This document shows, in pieces, positions 5,672-8,522 of a stretch of 8,522 bases of DNA. Origin of the DNA: a virus (Duplodnaviria; Heunggongvirae; Uroviricota; Caudoviricetes). The position numbers were made by a program, and so were the translations under genes. The notes beneath the pieces are model-generated. The model was not told the DNA's origin and made no database searches. It saw only the letters and a program-made list of their open reading frames with translations. The number at the start of each line of letters is the position of its first letter. Position 1 is the first letter of the stretch. The stretch is taken from positions 1 through 8,522 of IMG/VR virus record IMGVR_UViG_2541047751_000016. The stretch is one strand, 5' to 3'.

Positions 5672-5832
5672 GAGGACTTGCATACAATCCCGGCATCCTT
5701 CCGGCAGAAATGATTATTCGCCAACGCGTAAAGCCAATGCCATCGAGAGAGGAATTGCTTAAGAGAAATTCTTTTCCTTCAGTGAATCAAAACAAATATC
5801 TGAATGCGATGTGGCGGAGTGGGAAGAAATGA
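5668..5832 (+). CDS. Hypothetical small protein (54 aa), not in the supplied ORF track
   Basis: ATG at 5668 overlaps the upstream stop (ATGA); its own stop overlaps the ATG at 5829 of the next gene (ATGA). Coupled at both ends. Product [54 protein letters not shown]. Confidence 0.4.
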   Translation: MRGLAYNPGILPAEMIIRQRVKPMPSREELLKRNSFPSVNQNKYLNAMWRSGKK

Positions 5833-6311
5833 AACAAATGTCACTAATTGAGATGGATGGATTTCTGAAAGGTAAATGCATCCCAAGTGATTTAAAGGTT
5901 AACGAAACAAACGCTGAATACCTTGTCCGTAAGTTCGGTGAACTTGAATCAAAACTGGAAACGGCGTTGCGGGAGTGTAGTTCTGCTGGAATCACGATTG
6001 ATAACCTTGAGGCTAAATGCGCGAAGATGGCTGCTGAAAATACCTCACTTAAGCAATCTGAGAAGGAATTTAATGACTTTTGTCGTGAGGAGTTTAGCGA
6101 ATGGGAAGATGATGTTACTGAAACCCCAGCCACCGATGCTTTCCTGGCTGAAGTACGGGCGCAGGGGGTAGAGATGTACGCAGATAACCTCGACAACGGA
6201 GCAGACGACGCAGAACGAGGTGGTTTTGATGATGCCGTTAAGTTTCTACGCAGTGAAGCGTCTGGTGTACGTTTGTTCGCCGACCAGCTTCGCAAAGGAG
6301 GCAACCAGTGA
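5829..6311 (+). CDS. Coiled-coil protein, Ea22-like (paralog 1)
   Basis: ATG at 5829 (in-frame GTG at 5811 is an alternative). Coiled-coil-like N-terminal half and acidic C-terminal half. Family assignment from memory is tentative. Confidence 0.6.
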   Translation: MKQMSLIEMDGFLKGKCIPSDLKVNETNAEYLVRKFGELESKLETALRECSSAGITIDNLEAKCAKMAAENTSLKQSEKEFNDFCREEFSEWEDDVTETPATDAFLAEVRAQGVEMYADNLDNGADDAERGGFDDAVKFLRSEASGVRLFADQLRKGGNQ

Positions 6312-6793
6312 GCAAGATTGATTATCAGGCACTGCGTGAGGCGGCAGAACGTGCAATTACGGCAATGGAACGCCTGTTAATGTTGCCAGTTGATGATGAT
6401 CTGATAAGCGAACAGGAACTTAAAGATTACGGTGTGGATATTGATGCGCTCAACGCCTTCAAATTTCTGGCCGGACCAGAAACCGTGCTGGCGCTGCTGG
6501 ATGAACGGGAAAGAAACCAGCAATACATCAAATCCCGCGACCAGGAGAACGAGGAAATTGCGCTAACGGTAGGGAAGCTGCGCGTTGAGCTTGAAGCAGA
6601 AAAACAGCGGGCAAAAGTTCTATTTATGGAAAATGCTCGGCTTAAGTCAGGCATAGCCGGTCTGATACACCTCGGTATTCGATATGCAGATGTTGAGGTC
6701 ATGAAAATTGCTGGAGATGCCCAGCTTTCTACCCCATGCACTGACAGCATCATAAACAGCATTGCAACAGGCATTCGCATCAAAGGAGAGTGA
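6308..6793 (+). CDS. Ead/Ea22-like family protein (paralog 2)
   Basis: AGGAGG at 6296-6301, GTG at 6308 overlapping the upstream stop (GTGA). N-terminus [16 protein letters not shown]... resembles proteins annotated Ead/Ea22-like in enterobacterial prophages (from memory); coiled-coil segment LTVGKLRVELEAEKQRAKVLFMENARLK. Confidence 0.65.
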   Translation: MSKIDYQALREAAERAITAMERLLMLPVDDDLISEQELKDYGVDIDALNAFKFLAGPETVLALLDERERNQQYIKSRDQENEEIALTVGKLRVELEAEKQRAKVLFMENARLKSGIAGLIHLGIRYADVEVMKIAGDAQLSTPCTDSIINSIATGIRIKGE

Positions 6794-6794
6794 T

Positions 6795-6992
6795 ATGGAT
6801 AAAAACACCACTGCTTACTGGAATCTGTCACTTGATACCGAATGCCCAAAATGCGGTCACAATTTCGATCTGCTTTGTGATGCTGATTTCTGGGAGTTTT
6901 CTGGAGCTAAACAGGCATGTGAAGAAATAAAAGGTTACGAAACATGCTGTCCAGAATGTAACCATGAATTTAAAACAGATTTCGTGTATTGA
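6795..6992 (+). CDS. Small zinc-ribbon protein (two CxxC knuckles)
   Basis: AGGAG at 6784-6788, ATG at 6795, 65 aa. Contains CPKCGHNF and CPECNHEF, an internally duplicated knuckle typical of zinc-ribbon/rubredoxin-like folds. Confidence 0.7.
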   Translation: MDKNTTAYWNLSLDTECPKCGHNFDLLCDADFWEFSGAKQACEEIKGYETCCPECNHEFKTDFVY

Positions 6993-7002
6993 GGCATAAC
7001 AA

Positions 7003-7614
7003 ATGACCACTATTACCAGAGAACAGGCACAGAAAATTATTGAAGCAGCCGATGAGGTTATTAGTGCGCTGGCCGGAACTAATGAGGATGTTAACCCTGA
7101 TAGCAATGACATGCTACGTCTGTGGGATGACCTGAATGACCGTCACGCGCCCCCTGAAGTTGTGCGTGAGCTGGCACGAATTGCGCTGGCATCGCTGGGA
7201 GCAGAACCTGTAAGCCAAGCTTACAACTTGCCAGAATTAATCGAAGGCATGGAGGTTTCCATTGATGTAAGCACTTGTGATGCGGATTTAGGTAATCGCT
7301 ATTTCGGTACCGTCACCGAGGCGTTAGAACTTGATACTGCCAAGAATGGTTACATCCTCCTGGTTCAGGACGCAGAGCCAAACTTCGATGTAAATGGCAA
7401 CTCTCCGGTAACTCCGGATGGTTGGATAAGCTGTAGTGAGCGAATGCCCCCTCAAGATGATTGGATTTTAATTTATTCAAAGCACGGCGAGTATATGGCA
7501 GGACAGGTACAAGGGGAATACGTGGAGTTGAGCGACGGCACTTTATCGTGGTTAGGGAACGTCTTGTTCTGGATGCCGCTACCAGAACCTCCGCAGGAGG
7601 TTAACCGTGGCTAA
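7003..7614 (+). CDS. DUF551-domain phage protein
   Basis: GAGG at 6992-6995, ATG at 7003, 203 aa. C-terminal WISCSERMPPQDDWILIYSKHGEYMAGQ...LSWLGNVLFWMPLPEPP matches the DUF551 signature as I remember it. Confidence 0.8.
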   Translation: MTTITREQAQKIIEAADEVISALAGTNEDVNPDSNDMLRLWDDLNDRHAPPEVVRELARIALASLGAEPVSQAYNLPELIEGMEVSIDVSTCDADLGNRYFGTVTEALELDTAKNGYILLVQDAEPNFDVNGNSPVTPDGWISCSERMPPQDDWILIYSKHGEYMAGQVQGEYVELSDGTLSWLGNVLFWMPLPEPPQEVNRG

Positions 7615-7646
7615 CCTGCAACTTGCCGTCAAAGGTGAATAACAAT

Positions 7647-7672
7647 CCTCGCACTCGCGGGGATTTCTTTTA
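7647..7672 (+). terminator. Terminator-like hairpin (first of a tandem pair) after the DUF551 gene
   Basis: Stem CCTCGC (7647-7652) / GCGGGG (7657-7662) with one G-U wobble, loop ACTC, then ATTTCTTTTA. Confidence 0.45.
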
Positions 7673-7676
7673 TCTG

Positions 7677-7702
7677 AACTCGCTACGGCGAGTTTTGTTT
7701 TA
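7677..7702 (+). terminator. Intrinsic terminator (second of the tandem pair)
   Basis: Stem AACTCGC (7677-7683) / GCGAGTT (7688-7694), loop TACG, then TTGTTTTA. Confidence 0.65.
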
Positions 7703-7714
7703 TGGAGATGATAA

Positions 7715-7882
7715 ATGCACTTCCGAGTCACAGGTGAATGGAATGGAGAGCCATTCGACAGGGTTATCGAAGCAGAGGACATCAACGACTGCTATAACCA
7801 CTGGATGATATGGGCGCAGATAGCGCATGCAGACGTAACCAATATTCGAATTGAAGAACTGAAAGAACACCAAGACGCCTGA
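7715..7882 (+). CDS. Hypothetical small protein (55 aa), not in the supplied ORF track
   Basis: GGAG at 7704-7707, ATG at 7715. Product MHFRVTGEWNGEPFDRVIEAEDINDCYNHWMIWAQIAHADVTNIRIEELKEHQDA. Sits directly after the tandem terminators. Confidence 0.55.
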   Translation: MHFRVTGEWNGEPFDRVIEAEDINDCYNHWMIWAQIAHADVTNIRIEELKEHQDA

Positions 7883-7908
7883 TGGCGGTTTTTTATTGGA
7901 GACAAGAA

Positions 7909-8253
7909 ATGTCAGATTTGGCTATGAAGGTTTTGAAATGGCAATCAACTGGCGATGTCGGCATCAGTAGCGCAACTCTTGCCTCAATCGCATGTGGACT
8001 GAAAAAAAATATCTATGGTCATCACTTCGGCGCTCCACATGACGCAGCAGACTTCCGGCGATGCGTTGCACTTGTTGAGCAGATTCCAGAAATCAGAGAT
8101 TCATTCGACAAGGTTGCAAAGCGCGTTCCGGCATTCAAAGGCATCCTCAACGAATGGGATTCTCTCGTTGCTCTGTTGAAGTTTGAAATGAAGATACACG
8201 GAAACAAAGCACCAGAGACTTACAGAAGAATCAGCGAGCTACGCAAGGACTAA
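7909..8253 (+). CDS. Hypothetical protein (114 aa)
   Basis: GGAGA at 7898-7902, ATG at 7909. Product MSDLAMKVLKWQSTGDVGISSATLASIACGLKKNIYGHHFGAPHDAADFRRCVALVEQIPEIRDSF... No family recognised. Confidence 0.65.
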   Translation: MSDLAMKVLKWQSTGDVGISSATLASIACGLKKNIYGHHFGAPHDAADFRRCVALVEQIPEIRDSFDKVAKRVPAFKGILNEWDSLVALLKFEMKIHGNKAPETYRRISELRKD

Positions 8254-8290
8254 CGCCTCACACTCGATGAGGCCTGTACATATCTGATAG

Positions 8291-8316
8291 AGCCGCTATA
8301 TGGCGGTTTCTTTTTG
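8291..8316 (+). terminator. Terminator-like hairpin before the AlpA/Xis-like gene
   Basis: Stem AGCCGC (8291-8296) / GCGGTT (8303-8308) with one G-U wobble, loop TATATG, then TCTTTTTG. A second hairpin GCCTCA-N7-TGAGGC lies at 8255-8273. Confidence 0.4.
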
Positions 8317-8330
8317 CCTGGAGAATTAAG

Positions 8331-8522
8331 ATGACCGATACCAGCCTGATTCCTGAGAAAGAAGTGATGAACAAGCTCGGTGTTTCATCACGTCAGACAA
8401 TCTGGAACTATACCAAACGGCACGGATTTCCGAAGCCAGTCAGAACCCACCCCAAATCATACCTTCGTGAAGCTGTTGAAGGGTGGATTCTTAACGGTGG
8501 CGTTAATCAGAAATGCTCCTGA
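8331..8522 (+). CDS. AlpA-family phage transcriptional regulator / putative excisionase (Xis-like)
   Basis: GGAG at 8319-8322, ATG at 8331, 63 aa. EKEVMNKLGVSSRQTIWNYTKRHGFPKPVR...YLREAVEGWI fits the AlpA-type winged-HTH pattern. Its position at the distal end of the early operon matches xis in lambdoid phages. Confidence 0.7.
   Translation: MTDTSLIPEKEVMNKLGVSSRQTIWNYTKRHGFPKPVRTHPKSYLREAVEGWILNGGVNQKCS

Noticed and set aside
5759-6304. 181-aa minus-strand ORF and embedded 82-aa + ORF (5923-6171)
   Set aside because: The minus-strand product is Ser-rich low complexity, the usual antisense image of an acidic coiled-coil gene. The + strand Ea22-like frame has coupling signals at both ends.
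6427-7112. Minus-strand ORFs 6427-6849 and 6828-7112
   Set aside because: Both overlap + strand genes with strong ribosome-binding sites and recognisable motifs (zinc ribbon, DUF551); no signals of their own.
7579-7808. ORFs 7579-7785 (minus) and 7623-7808 (plus)
   Set aside because: Both run straight through the tandem terminator hairpins at 7647-7702 and lack start signals. The 55-aa frame at 7715-7882, with its Shine-Dalgarno, explains the region better.
8022-8207. 61-aa minus-strand ORF
   Set aside because: Antisense to the 114-aa + strand gene; no ribosome-binding site.
1-8522. CRISPR arrays, tRNA or rRNA genes
   Set aside because: No regularly spaced direct repeats with unique spacers and no cloverleaf-like or rRNA-like segments were seen by eye. 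A tRNA or repeat-finder scan would be needed to be certain.

Overview
This window holds the right end of an IS21-family insertion sequence (3' part of istB, bases 1-693, plus a terminal-repeat region to about 776) sitting directly upstream of the leftward early (pL-type) operon of a lambda-like prophage, read here in its direction of transcription (+ strand). After a ~660-bp AT-rich regulatory region with two boxA-like/hairpin (nut-like) elements come: an N-like antiterminator, an orf28-like mini-ORF, ral, an unassigned 207-aa gene bracketed by near-identical terminators, a cIII-like gene, small unknown ORFs, a RecT-family annealing protein, a Gp157-family protein, a run of translationally coupled accessory genes (tandem-repeat HTH-like protein, two Ea22-like coiled-coil paralogs, a zinc-ribbon protein, a DUF551 protein), a terminator-bracketed two-gene cassette, and an AlpA/Xis-like gene at the right edge (integrase expected beyond the window). 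No rRNA, tRNA or CRISPR array was seen. All supported genes are on the + strand; the minus-strand ORFs look like antisense artefacts. Every name comes from remembered sequence similarity and synteny, not from a database search. The best candidates for undescribed functions are the unassigned 207-aa gene between ral and cIII and the two-gene cassette next to the xis-like gene.
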